The translations under genes and the position numbers were made by a program. A stretch of 64,000 bases of DNA from Octopus bimaculoides (taxonomy: Eukaryota): positions 27,134,354 through 27,198,353 of the forward strand of contig NC_068998.1 of assembly GCF_001194135.2 (NCBI RefSeq), given 5' to 3'. Position 1 is the stretch's first letter. The number at the start of each line of letters is the position of its first letter. Shown one piece after another: positions 26,801 to 36,570 of this stretch. The notes below the pieces were generated by a model. The model ran no database searches and was not told where the DNA came from. It saw only the letters and a program-made list of their open reading frames with translations.

Positions 26801-29430
26801 ACTGTAGACAAGTTAAATTAATACTGAAAACAGATCTTAATGCGAAAAACAAGATAATGGGTATCAACACTTTAGCCATCCCAGTTATAAGTTACAGTTA
26901 CAATATCCTTAACTGGACACTAAATGAACTAATCAAAATAGATAGGGAAACAAGAAAAATAATGACAGGATTTAGGATGTACCACCCAAAACCTGACATA
27001 GAAAGGTTATATATACAACGTTTAGAAGATGGTAGAAAATTATTACAAAATAACCACCATAGGACTACAGGAATATCTACTTCAGAAGCAAGGAAAACTA
27101 ATACAAATAGCCACAAAACATTAACAAAACAAAAAAACTGTTTTCAGTCTTTTAGGAAGCTGAGAAATACAAACTAGAAGTCATACTACCTAACAAATAC
27201 GAAGAAGAAGAAGAAACAACAAAAGCTGTAAAACAAATGAAATCCAAACTAAAACTAGAACAGCAATGGACCATGATAAAACAATGGCAACAAAAGCCCC
27301 TTCATGGCAAATACTGGGCTAAACTAAATGCAAAAGAAATAGACAGAGAAAAATCCCAGCAATGGTTGAGAAGCTCAGGACTCAAAGCAGAGACTGAAGG
27401 ATTTTTAATTGCAGTACAAGATCAAAGCTTTCCCACCAGAAATTACCAAAAACATATAATGAAAAGAAACATAACAGGTAACTGCAGAATATATGTGGCG
27501 ATGGACAAGAAACAATAAATCATATTGTCTTTGGCTGCCCGGTCCTGGTTAAGAAGGAATATATTCACGGACATGACAGAGTTGGGACCTACATACACTG
27601 GAAGCTATGCCAGCACTATGGAATAACAACAGAAAAAAGATGGTATAGGCACACACCAAACAAGTTCACAAAAAATAAGAAAGCAACATTATGGGATATG
27701 CCAATACACACAGATAGAGAAATTAAGGCCAATAGGCCAGATATAGTTGTCAGAGACTATGAAGAAAAAATGCTTTCTAATTGATGTATTAATACCAACA
27801 GGTGACAATGTTTCTCCAAAAGAAATGGAGAAACTTTCAAAATATAAAGACCTGGAAATGGAGGTAACTCGAATGTGGAATCTAAAAACAGAAACAACTC
27901 CTATCATAGTGGGCACATTAGGTATGATAAAAAATATTCAGACAAATACATAACAAAAACACCAGGACTAACAAATATATATAACATACAGAAAATAGCA
28001 CTACTAGGCACTGCACACATCCTACGTAAAACATTTTCAATACTATAACTATAAGAGCATCACAACAAACAACAGCACATACCCAAGGCACACAGAACTG
28101 TGTAGTGAAAGCATGTTATAAGAGACTACTGAATAATAATAATAATAATAACAACAACAATAGTTTCAAATTTTGGCACTAGACCAGCAATATAGGAGGG
28201 GGTCAAGTCAACTACATTGACCCCAGTACATAACTACTACTTAATAATGTTTTTTTAATTTTGGCATGAGGCCATGATTTTGAGGGAAAGAGTTAATGAA
28301 TACCACCATTCCCCAATACTTAACCGGTATTTTAATTCTATCAACCCAGGAAGAATGAAAGGCAAAGTTGATTTTGGTGGGATGTGAACTCTGACCATAA
28401 AGAGGAAAAAAATATCTTGGGGCATTTTGTCGGACGCTCTAACAATTCCACCAGCTTGCCATGTTTTGATGATGGTTTCTGATTAAGGTGCACGACCAGC
28501 AATTTTTAGGGAAGAGAAGTTGATACCACCGACCCCAGTATTTTACTGATACTTTATTTCATCAGCATCAACTGAATGAAAAGCAAAGCTGACTTCAGTG
28601 GGGTTTGAACTCGAAACATAAAGGGCTGCAATTAAATATTACAATGCATTGTATCTGATACTTTCACACCTCCACCAATAATAATAATTTTTTTTTCCTT
28701 TATCACTGCTACCCACACCCCTTTGTACAAGAAAAATGTTATCAAGAGAGGTTACCATACATATTAGGGATGGATAGTTATATAAAAATGAAAGGATGCA
28801 TAATGACATTATACAATGACTTCTAACAGTGGCACAAATAATAGTGGCTGAAATTAGAAGAGAACCACTCACCTGATGTAATTAAGTGGGTGACTCTGAT
28901 GAATCACAATTTCACAAGTAGGGCAAGTGTTATTGTCATCCAGGTACTGAACCAAACAGCTTTTGCAGACTATAAGATAAAAGTATGAAACCATTTAATA
29001 ATCACCAGTAACAATGTTTATATCTAATGAAAAATTTAGACTGTTCAATACATTTGTGTTGTTTTTCGTGATGTGTTGCTCCAGCTAGTCCAAACCAACT
29101 AGACATGAGTTATATAGGTAGGCAGGAGTGAACAGTTGGGATCTGTAGATTTATCCATCACCACTTAGTGAGGAATGGATTGAACACATAATGTGCAATT
29201 TTCTTTTTTAATTATTTCTTTTAGTGCTCCAACACAAATACATACATACATACAAATACATACATACATGAATGCATTATATATATAAAGTGAATTGCAT
29301 CATAGTGCTGTTTTCTCACAGACAGTGCCCAACTGATCCTCCTACACTGTGTAGTCAACAAAATCAAAAACAAACAATGTGCATGTGTGAAATCAAAAAT
29401 ACAAAATGGCAATAATTTACCCATCGCACC

Positions 29431-29478
<48 letters not shown>

Positions 29479-32372
29479 ACTGTATTAACTAATCCGCATA
29501 GACTTTCATGTGTGTGTGTTTGTTTGTGTGTGTGTACCATTTGTTACAAAGAGATTAATACCCAGGCAAGATTGGAACAATATATGATGGTTCTGATAAA
29601 TTATTTGGACATTATATATTGTTTCTTCAGGTTTGCCAAATGTGTTGTGAATGATCTTAATGTCTTTGTACACCACTTAATTTAATTTTTTCTATATGAC
29701 ATGAACATAAAAGTGTTGCAGATGATTTCTTCTATTTTTGTTTGCTGTATGAGGTACATGTGCAGTATTTTGATTTTATAGAGTAGATGAGTCAGCAAAT
29801 TTAGACATTTGTATTCTGTGTTATTCAATTATATTGATTACAAGTTTCTAACAAGTTAATCCCTAATGTATTTTTTAGGGTGATCTGAAAGAAATATCAG
29901 TAACTCAGTACAGAACAAATACTAGAAAACAGTTGGTTTGAAAAGTACTACTTCTACAATTTTCATGCCAATCTTTACACCTTCTCTGAGACACATTGGT
30001 AAAAGACACACACATACACAGGTGTATCTATGGCTGTATGGTTAAGATGTTCACTTTCCAACCATGTGGTTTCAGTTTCTGTCTACATGGGTGGTTCCTT
30101 GGGCAAGTAAATGTCTTCTACAATAGCCCTGTGCCAACCAAAACCTTATGAGTGGATTTGGTAGATGGAAACTTAAAGTCTTTAACGTCAAATGGTAAAA
30201 GCAAAATGGACATGATTTAATCTAGACTAGATTCATTCTACTTTGTATTGTCTATCATCATTCTTTGAGGTTAGCCTTGTGAGCCTCAGAACAGAGTTAA
30301 GAGTACTCATTAAGGATCCTTTTGAAGGCAGAGTTTTATAGCCAGATCCCTTTCCTGTTGCCTCTTCAAAAAGAAAACAGGGATATAGTGCAACTATTCT
30401 ATCTTGCCCCAAAATTTCAATTGACTGATCTTATTCTAGTACCTTATTTGATGAAACACCTAGTGACGGAGATTTTATACACAAATTGTGCTACTATAGC
30501 TAACTGGGCTATAATGACAGTACTGAAAGGTACATCTATACACAAAGTATCTAAGGAAAATTGGCACTCTATTGGTTACGACAATGAGGGTTCCAGTTGA
30601 TCCAATCAATGGAACAGCTTGCTCGTGAAATTAAGATGTAAGTGGCTGAGCACTCCACAGACACGTGTACCCTTAACGTAGTTCTCAGAGAGATTCAACA
30701 TCATACAGAGTGTGACAAGGCAGGCCCTTTAAAATACAGGTGCTACTTATTTTTGCCAGCTGAGTGGACTGGAGCAACACGAAATAAAGTGTCATGCTCA
30801 AGGACACAATGCATTGCCAGGAACTGAACTCACGACCTTACGGTTGTGCTAAGGAAAATTATTTATAGTTAAAACACCACCTTCTTGCTAATAATACCCA
30901 CAGAAAGATTTGAACTCAGCACTACAAGGTAACAAAATATCCATCTATTTTAGAGTACTCCCACTGCTTGTATGTATAAGCTGTAAGGACAGGAATCCAG
31001 TTCTACAAACAGTATGTATGTAATATAGTGAGTTGAAAAACAGAGATTATACAAGCAAATGGTAGACAAAATCTTCTAAAACAATGTTTAAAATTGACCA
31101 AGAAGCAAAGGAGACATTGCCAATAAAATCAATTGACTGGTGGCTTTTAAATAATATAGACAACACATACTAGAGTGGATCTGGTCTATAATTTCCATAG
31201 GTGAACAGTAAACACATTTTAGGTTTACTAGATCAGAATCACTACAATCTGCATCATCCATCCCCACTAACAACTCGTGTTTTAAGACCATTTTCCCTGT
31301 TATGGTGGGGCTAGCTTTGCAGGCCCCTTTACAGCCTAAATCATATTCATCATTGCACACTTTTTCAAGCAGTGTTTGACAGCTAGATACCCTTCTCATT
31401 GCCAACCTTTTTAGCTGACCCTTACAACAAGCAGGGATACTATACTCCTGTTCTATAGTATCCGTACTGACAACCAACTAATCCTACTTGGATTATTCTC
31501 CTTGCTTGTTGATTTAGATATTAAATACTTCTGGGGTGATTTTTATCTGGTAACTGATTGCATAAGCTGATCGAAGTTTTCCAGTTCTACATTATAAGTA
31601 TGAAACCCAACCAATATGTATATTTAGTATACAAAATACTCCTAAGGTGTTTTTCATGAGCTATTCTGTTGATATTCCTAATCGGTTTCATTATATTATC
31701 TTTGTCTCTCTATGTTGATCATTTTTAGCTTTGCCAAATTTACTTGCAAAATAAAAATCTACTCAGAGCTGAAAAAACTAAAGAACTGCATTTAGAATGT
31801 CATAGGTATTATAAACCAACAACTGGCAAGAGCCAGCAAGAGAGTCTCTATGTGTGTGCTTGATTTACTAAAAGTAGCAGCTAAATCTTCCTTAAATCAT
31901 ACTTTACCATCTTAAATCATATTTTGCCATCTTAAAAAATAATAAACTATGTCTGGAAAATAAAAAGAAAATAGTCACAACTGAACCACTTTTGATTATA
32001 GATTTGCTTAATCAGAACCTTTGGGCTAAACAACAAAGATAGCTATCCACCACTTAGATAGACTGTTATTGCTAAGCCTAATGTTGTGACTAAGAGGGCT
32101 GAAGTATAACTGCAAAAGCATTTGCAAACCAGAAATTGCTGAAAACATTACTCAAGACAAGAAAAATAAAGAAGGTATCAAAGAATTAAAATAAACAAAT
32201 GAAGACAATCTAATTGGCAAATGCTGAGAATAGTTGTACAATAAAACAAAGAACTTCACTTACATGTGTGCAGACATTCTGTGATGGTGGTCGCATCAAT
32301 GAGGTAGCCAGAACACAGTGTGCATGTAATGTGAACATTGACTGACTTCAAACGAATTCTCCGCTCCATCAT
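7355..32372 (-). CDS. PCGF3: Polycomb group RING finger protein 3 (PCGF3/5 class), 7 coding exons, 227 aa: [227 protein letters not shown]
   Basis: Manual splicing: all six introns GT-AG, phases 1,2,1,1,0,0 compatible, total 684 nt. C3HC4 RING (CTLC...CLHTFCKSC...CPTC) plus PCGF3/5-typical motifs [52 protein letters not shown]. Confidence 0.95.
8417..8497 (-). CDS. PCGF3: PCGF3 coding exon 6 [27 protein letters not shown]
   Basis: 81 nt; acceptor aattttatAG, donor AAA|GTAAGT. Confidence 0.95.
8572..9860 (+). mobile_element. 5'-truncated, decayed HERO-like (R2-group) non-LTR retrotransposon: post-RT region, CCHC knuckle, REL endonuclease, 3' UTR; in PCGF3 intron 5, antisense
   Basis: Translates with stops as [86 protein letters not shown]; motif order typical of HERO-type elements. 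Confidence 0.85.
11049..11170 (-). mobile_element. 3' terminal fragment of a CR1/L2-group LINE
   Basis: With frameshifts reads [13 protein letters not shown]...[13 protein letters not shown], like the FFPRTxxLWNxLP...FKSRVNKYL C-terminus. Confidence 0.55.
12531..12760 (-). CDS. PCGF3: PCGF3 coding exon 5 (A)NEECVE...[14 protein letters not shown]...[13 protein letters not shown]...KHTD
   Basis: 230 nt; acceptor ttttatttccAG, donor GAT|GTAAGT; RAWUL N-part. Confidence 0.95.
13279..13595. mobile_element. hAT MITE (same family)
   Basis: Left TIR cagtggttctcaacc after atctaaag; right end aaaaatggttgaga; internal ggggtccat motifs as in the other copies. Confidence 0.7.
15272..15337 (-). CDS. PCGF3: PCGF3 coding exon 4 (N)[21 protein letters not shown]
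   Basis: 66 nt; acceptor tatttcAG, donor G|GTCAGT; resembles vertebrate EMRKQREFY helix. Confidence 0.92.
15555..15569 (-). CDS. PCGF3: Candidate alternative 15-nt microexon of PCGF3 (GCTATTTCCAGCCAG; changes ..LQE-N-ELRR to ..LQE-SYFQPD-ELRR)
   Basis: Acceptor cttattttAG and consensus donor CAG|GTGAGT only 15 nt apart; phase 1-1, no stop; no transcript evidence available. Confidence 0.45.
15703..15906 (+). mobile_element. SINE-C (RTE-type tail, (GAT)n). Other copies: 7845-8030, 11570-11775, 16196-16500(-), 22805-23005, 39890-40265(-), 46910-47135(-), 53180-53290, 60205-60385(-)
   Basis: Shared gtggttggcgttaggaagggcatcc..gtccaacccatgccagcatggaa..(gat)n. Confidence 0.85.
16745..18183 (+). 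mobile_element. RTE-clade LINE, 5' portion: 5' UTR, AP-endonuclease and linker, broken off before RT
   Basis: [62 protein letters not shown], with frameshifts and stops. Confidence 0.9.
18678..18887. mobile_element. piggyBac-like MITE
   Basis: ttaaccctttagcatt ... gggttaa; reverse-orientation homolog of 52181-52400. Confidence 0.8.
19128..19390. repeat. (TA)n - gap - (GT)n/(CA)n microsatellite
   Basis: Direct reading; N-gap 19160-19277. Confidence 0.95.
19721..19987. mobile_element. hAT MITE
   Basis: TIR cagtgcttctcaacc / aattgagaaccactg; 8-bp TSD gtctagct / gtctagtt. Confidence 0.85.
20129..20184 (-). CDS. PCGF3: PCGF3 coding exon 3 [18 protein letters not shown]
   Basis: 56 nt; acceptor ttgcAG, donor A|GTAAGT; conserved [13 protein letters not shown]. 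Confidence 0.95.
20330..20720 (+). mobile_element. Old RTE-like LINE C-terminal fragment
   Basis: Fragments [10 protein letters not shown] and [22 protein letters not shown] match RTE C-terminal motifs (LRYFGHIIR / RGRxxxxWIDNI). Confidence 0.55.
20860..21930 (-). mobile_element. Decayed RTE LINE 3' portion (RT core to end) with (GAT)n tail
   Basis: Minus strand gives [28 protein letters not shown]; ends in an (ATG)n tract at 20860-20890. Confidence 0.75.
22341..22538. mobile_element. MITE with about 40-bp TIRs containing repeated GGACAAAAT motifs
   Basis: cggtactaggacaaaatctcactggacaaaatcccctgg vs reverse complement of right end cggtatcaggacaaaattctccgaggacaaaatccctctgg; flanks aaagga / aatgga. 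Confidence 0.75.
23414..23753 (+). mobile_element. Helentron/DINE-1-like non-autonomous element
   Basis: 5' sub-terminal acctctaccaagg and 3' hairpin acctccgcctt-cact-aaggcagaggt (10/11 stem); flanked by (TAA)n. Confidence 0.55.
24490..25390 (+). mobile_element. R4/Dong-like non-LTR fragment A (older subfamily): post-RT region and start of REL endonuclease
   Basis: [64 protein letters not shown] motifs. Confidence 0.8.
25390..28152 (+). mobile_element. R4/Dong-like non-LTR element B: pre-RT, RT, CCHC, REL endonuclease, 3' UTR and (AAT)n tail; pseudogenised; in PCGF3 intron 2, antisense
   Basis: [91 protein letters not shown]; ends gagactactg(aat)n at about 28132-28151. Confidence 0.92.
28873..28969 (-). 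CDS. PCGF3: PCGF3 coding exon 2 (F)[31 protein letters not shown](S)
   Basis: 97 nt; acceptor ttatcttatAG, donor AG|GTGAGT; RING C-half. Confidence 0.95.
30585..30850 (-). mobile_element. SINE-D (tRNA head, cttgagca core). Homologs at 8030-8335(-), 42070-42360(-) and a partial copy at 63760-63880(+)
   Basis: Shared ggaacagcctgctcgtgaaatt..gactggagcaa..aaagtgtc..gctcaaggacacaa. Confidence 0.8.
32264..32372 (-). CDS. PCGF3: PCGF3 coding exon 1 (MMERRIRL...ECLHT + 1 nt); exon starts at acceptor tttcAG|32398
   Basis: 109 nt = 36 codons + 1; donor T|GTAAGT at 32263; RING N-half. Confidence 0.95.
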
Positions 32373-32398
32373 GGTGTCAGAAGAACTGACATCCTCAT
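32369..32398 (-). promoter_or_regulatory. Out-of-frame uORF (ATG AGG ATG TCA GTT CTT CTG ACA CCA TGA) whose stop overlaps the PCGF3 start ATG
   Basis: Read directly from the first 30 nt of the exon after the acceptor; function unproven. Confidence 0.5.
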
Positions 32399-32911
32399 CT
32401 GAAATAGAAACAAAATGTGCATCAAAGATAGTGCATGTATGTATATACATATGTATATTTAAGTATATATATTTGTACATTTATATATATATATATATAT
32501 ATATATNNNNNNNNNNNNNNNNNNNNNNNNNNNNNNNNNNNNNNNNNNNNNNNNNNNNNNNNNNNNNNNNNNNNATATATGTCTCTTTTATCTTCTACTG
32601 TTTATCTGTTTCAGTCATTAGACTGCAGTCATGCTGGGGCACTGCCTTGAGGAATTTTAGTTGAACTAATTGACCCCAGTACTTAGTTGTTTTTTTTTAA
32701 ACTTGGTACTTCTCTTACCATCTTTTACCAAACGCTAAGTTACAGGGACATAAATACACACATATATGTACGGTGGGCTTCTTTTAGTTTCCATTTAAAA
32801 AATTCAATCACAATGCTTTGATTAGCCTGAGGCTCAAGGTGCCTCAAGCAGTGGGACTGAACTCAGAACCATGTGGTGGGAAGCAAACTTCTTACCACAC
32901 AGCCACACCTC

Positions 32912-32945
<34 letters not shown>

Positions 32946-33339
32946 CATGCATACAGATTTCTGCACATTTTCTTTCCTTCTCATATAGAGAGTTTTTTCT
33001 TTTTACTTAGAATATACACACTTCTTATTAGCACACTTATTTGCACTTTTGTACTTACTACAAATGCTCAGTTATAAATTAAGCTTTCTAATAGTTGGAA
33101 GACATTCTTTCCTTTATCATGTAAACACCACTTCTGCTTCCAGGTAGTTTTCTTTATCACACCTACAGTGTCAAAGACTATTTCACTTTTGGACTATTCA
33201 ATTCCATGACATATAAGGACTAAGTGCACAGTCATTTAGAGTTTTTCTTTTCTAATGAAACTCAGAGACCTAACCTCTCAATATTTACTTTCATCCAATT
33301 ACTTTGTGAGTTCTAATTTTGTCAGATCATAACATTCAA

Positions 33340-33660
33340 AGTTCAGTCCTCCAGCTCCAACCTTGCAGCATCGGCTGCAAACCTGGGTGTCCCCACCCAT
33401 AACGTGAAGAAGAGGAAAATCTATAAACACCAGGGCCTAGCTGGCTGCTACCAGTTTGTGCCAGTTGCCATTCAAAAATGTCAGGTATTCTAGGACCCCA
33501 TAACTACTGATTTTTTCAGCAAAATAGGGATAATGGCAGCCCATCGGAGAAATGTGCCCCACGAGGTGGAGTGGCTGCTACAGCGAGTATCACTGGCCAT
33601 TCTTTGTGGCGACACCATCACAGTCATTACCACAGAGCTTGCCTGAGCACACCATTTATT
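33340..33660 (+). mobile_element. C-terminal fragment of a CRE-like non-LTR retrotransposon (REL endonuclease end)
   Basis: SSSSNLAASAANLG..KKRKIYK..YQFVPVAI, then after a frameshift SGILGPITTDFFSKIG..EVEWLLQRVSLAILCGD..*; matches the CRE pattern FVPVAIETSGVxGP...WLxQRISxAIxRGN. Confidence 0.7.
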
Positions 33661-33758
33661 CTAGGATATGTAGGCCATTGCCCCCACCNNNNNNNNNNTT
33701 TCCTTATCCCTCTTCTTTCCTGCTTCTTTGTACTGAAATATTCTAATCAAATTTGAAA

Positions 33759-33983
33759 TTAACCCTTTGGAGACAGCCTCATTTGGAGTTTAAGCGCCAA
33801 GAAGACGGAGCTCTTTTCACAAGCATGCACTTATTTTTCAACAAAATAATAAAAAATAAAGTAATTACTTTTCATACATAAAACTATATATATTCTTGTA
33901 AGAAATTGAATGAACTAATACTATCTTCTTCGTCATTCGACTGTTCAGCTGTTAAATCAGTCGTGTTGTCTCTTAAGGGTTAA
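33759..33983. mobile_element. piggyBac-like MITE
   Basis: TTAA-ccctttggagaca ... tgtctcttaaggg-TTAA. Confidence 0.8.
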
Positions 33984-34713
33984 ATATCAAATAACTATAA
34001 AATAGTTTATTTGTTTTTCTTTTGACAAAGTATAAGGCCAAATTGTTTAGATAAGATGGTAAAATCAATCAAGTAATATAACAGATACTTATTTCATTGA
34101 CACAAGAAGAATTACAATCAAAGTGAAGTATGGTAGGATTTGAACGCAAATGCAGGAGACCACAGACTAAACGCCGTAAAACTTTTGGTATAATGTTTTC
34201 CTATTTGAACTCATCCCGTTGTTCTGATTATAATCAAACATAAAAGTAACAATAGCTATTCAGATTAAATTATGCTAGTAAAGTGAAACTTGTTAGCCTA
34301 ACCTTGCTCTTTCTAATTTAATTACAATCCACAGTATATCATTAAGTATTTATTTATTCTGTTTGTTGGGGTTTTTTATTTGGTAATATTGGTTCAAAAG
34401 ATGACTACAACCTCTTCTAATAGTGTTCTTTATTACCATCAAAGAAACTTTTCAGAACAACCACATAATCAATAATACATTTCAAACTACACTTCCAACA
34501 ATTTAGCTGATATTTTTCAATAAACTATATTAATAAAAAATAGATATTAATCTATTTCCAATCACTGTTAATTATATTTATAATAAGTCATATAATAATT
34601 TGAGAAAAGAAATTGTAATTAAGGAACAGAAAAGGATGAGTGTCTACAACAAAATTATCACATTATATCACCAATCTTTTAGCTGTCAGAAACTAACATC
34701 ATCATTAGTATCA

Positions 34714-34757
<44 letters not shown>

Positions 34758-34759
<2 letters not shown>

Positions 34760-35200
34760 GGTGGCGAGCTGGCAGACTCATTAGTGGGCTGGGCAAAATG
34801 CTTAGTGGCATTTCACCCGTCCTTACATTCTGAGTTCAAATTCCACCAGGGTCAACTTTGCCTTTCATCCTTTCAAGTTCGATAAATCAAGTACCAATAG
34901 AGTACTAGGTCGATGTAATTGACTCATCCCCCTCCTCCACAAAATTTGTCCGTCGTCATCGCCGTCGCCATCGTCATCATCATCATTATTATTATTAAGG
35001 TACCAAGCTGGCAGAATCATTAGCATGTCACACAGAGTGCTGATTGGCATTTCAGCTGTCTTTACATTCTGAGTTCAAATTCTGCTGGGGTTTGTCTGCT
35101 AACTTTACCTTTCATCCTTTCAGGGTCAATTACATGGACTAGCCCCTTTCCCTAAACTTTCAGGTCTTGTGTCTAAAGTAGAAAGAATTATTATTATTAT
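34758..35200 (+). mobile_element. Two tandem SINE-A' copies. Other A' copies: 23760-23976(-), 28163-28640(-, three), 36338-36570(+), 40790-41010(-), 45130-45280(-), 45316-45530(+), 50325-50780(+, two), 52515-52720(-), 61448-61670(+)
   Basis: Shared ggcgagctggcag..gagttcaaattc..gtcaactttgcctttcatcc..gtgccaaaatttgaaacc-(att)n structure. Confidence 0.85.
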
Positions 35201-35368
35201 TATTATTTCTACTACTACTACAACTACTACTACTACTACTACTATTACTACTACTATTATTACTACTATTATTACTACTACTACTACTACTACTATTATT
35301 ACTACTACTATTATTACTACTACTATTATTACTACTACTATTATTACTACTACTATTATTATTATTAT

Positions 35369-35406
<38 letters not shown>

Positions 35407-35471
35407 TTACTACTACTATTATTACTACTACTACTACTACTACTACTACTATTATTATTATTATTATTATT
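35186..35471. repeat. Compound (ATT)n/(ACT)n microsatellite, about 285 bp
   Basis: Direct reading. Confidence 0.97.
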
Positions 35472-35776
35472 AGGTGGGGATGTATGGCCTAGTGGTTAGG
35501 GTGTTGCACTCATGATTGTGAGATTGTGGTTTCAATTGCTGGACTGGGTGGTGCATAGTGTTCTTGATTGAGTAGTGCATAGTGTTCATCTCATGTGCTC
35601 TGCAATCACCACCTGACGTGTGGTACACCATGCACCTGTTCAGGTAATGTCGATTTGATGGAGAGAGCAAGCTAATATACAGTGCATACATGTGATCACT
35701 ATAAACAAATCATTTGTGCAGGTCATTCAGCAAAAACTGAACACTCATACATCATCTCTTATGGGAGAGCCCATTG

Positions 35777-35780
<4 letters not shown>
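35472..35780 (+). mobile_element. tRNA-derived SINE (further family) with (TTA)n tail
   Basis: Head tggcctagtggttagg..ggtttcaattg; tail merges with the R4/Dong (TTA)n tract. Confidence 0.65.
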
Positions 35781-35820
<40 letters not shown>

Positions 35821-36335
35821 TAGTCTTATTCTTATCACATGCTTTCACTGCACTACCAAGCACAGCTCTGTGTGCCTTGAGTATGTGCTGTAGTTTGTTG
35901 TAGTGTTCTTATTTTCACTGTATTGAAAGTGTTTTACATAGGATGTGTGTGGTGCCTGGTAGTGCTATTTTCTGTATGTTATATATACTTGTAGTCCTAG
36001 TGTTTTTGTTATGTATTTGTCTAAATGCTTTCTTATATCTAATGTGCCTACTATAAGAGGAATTGTTTCTGTCTTTAGGCTCCACATTCGAGTTACTTCT
36101 ATTTCCAGATCTTTGTATTTTGAAAGTTTCTCTGTTTCTTTTAGAGAAATGTTGTCACCTGTTGGTATTGAAACATCAATTAGAAAGCATTTTGTTTCTT
36201 AGTGATCTCTGACAACTATATCCAGCCTATTAGCTTTGATTTCTCTATCTATGTGTATTGGCATATCTCAGAGTATGGTTGCTTTCTCATTTTTTTTTTT
36301 GTGACCTTTTTCTTGAGTGTTCCTATACCATCTTA
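35780..36335 (-). mobile_element. 3' end of the same R4/Dong-like family B (REL endonuclease C-part, 3' UTR, (AAT)n)
   Basis: Clearly homologous to 27600-28150 (ORF 36011-36202 vs 27689-27916 share [15 protein letters not shown]); same aagactactg-(aat)n terminus. Confidence 0.9.
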
Positions 36336-36518
36336 CCAGGCAGAATCATTAGCCCGTTGAGCAAAATGCTTAGCAGCATTTCATCTATATTTATGGTCTG
36401 AGTTCAAACGCTGCCATGGTTAACTTTACCTTTCATAGGTAGCAGTTGAGCACTGGAGTCAATGTAATTGACTTATCTCCTCCCTCGAAATTGCTGGCCT
36501 TGTGCCAAAATTTGAAAC

Positions 36519-36570
<52 letters not shown>

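Noticed and set aside
31088-31477. 129-aa Cys-rich minus-strand ORF in intron 1
   Set aside because: Not needed for the PCGF3 model, no convincing splice sites or domain, and overlaps a degenerate SINE-C-like motif.
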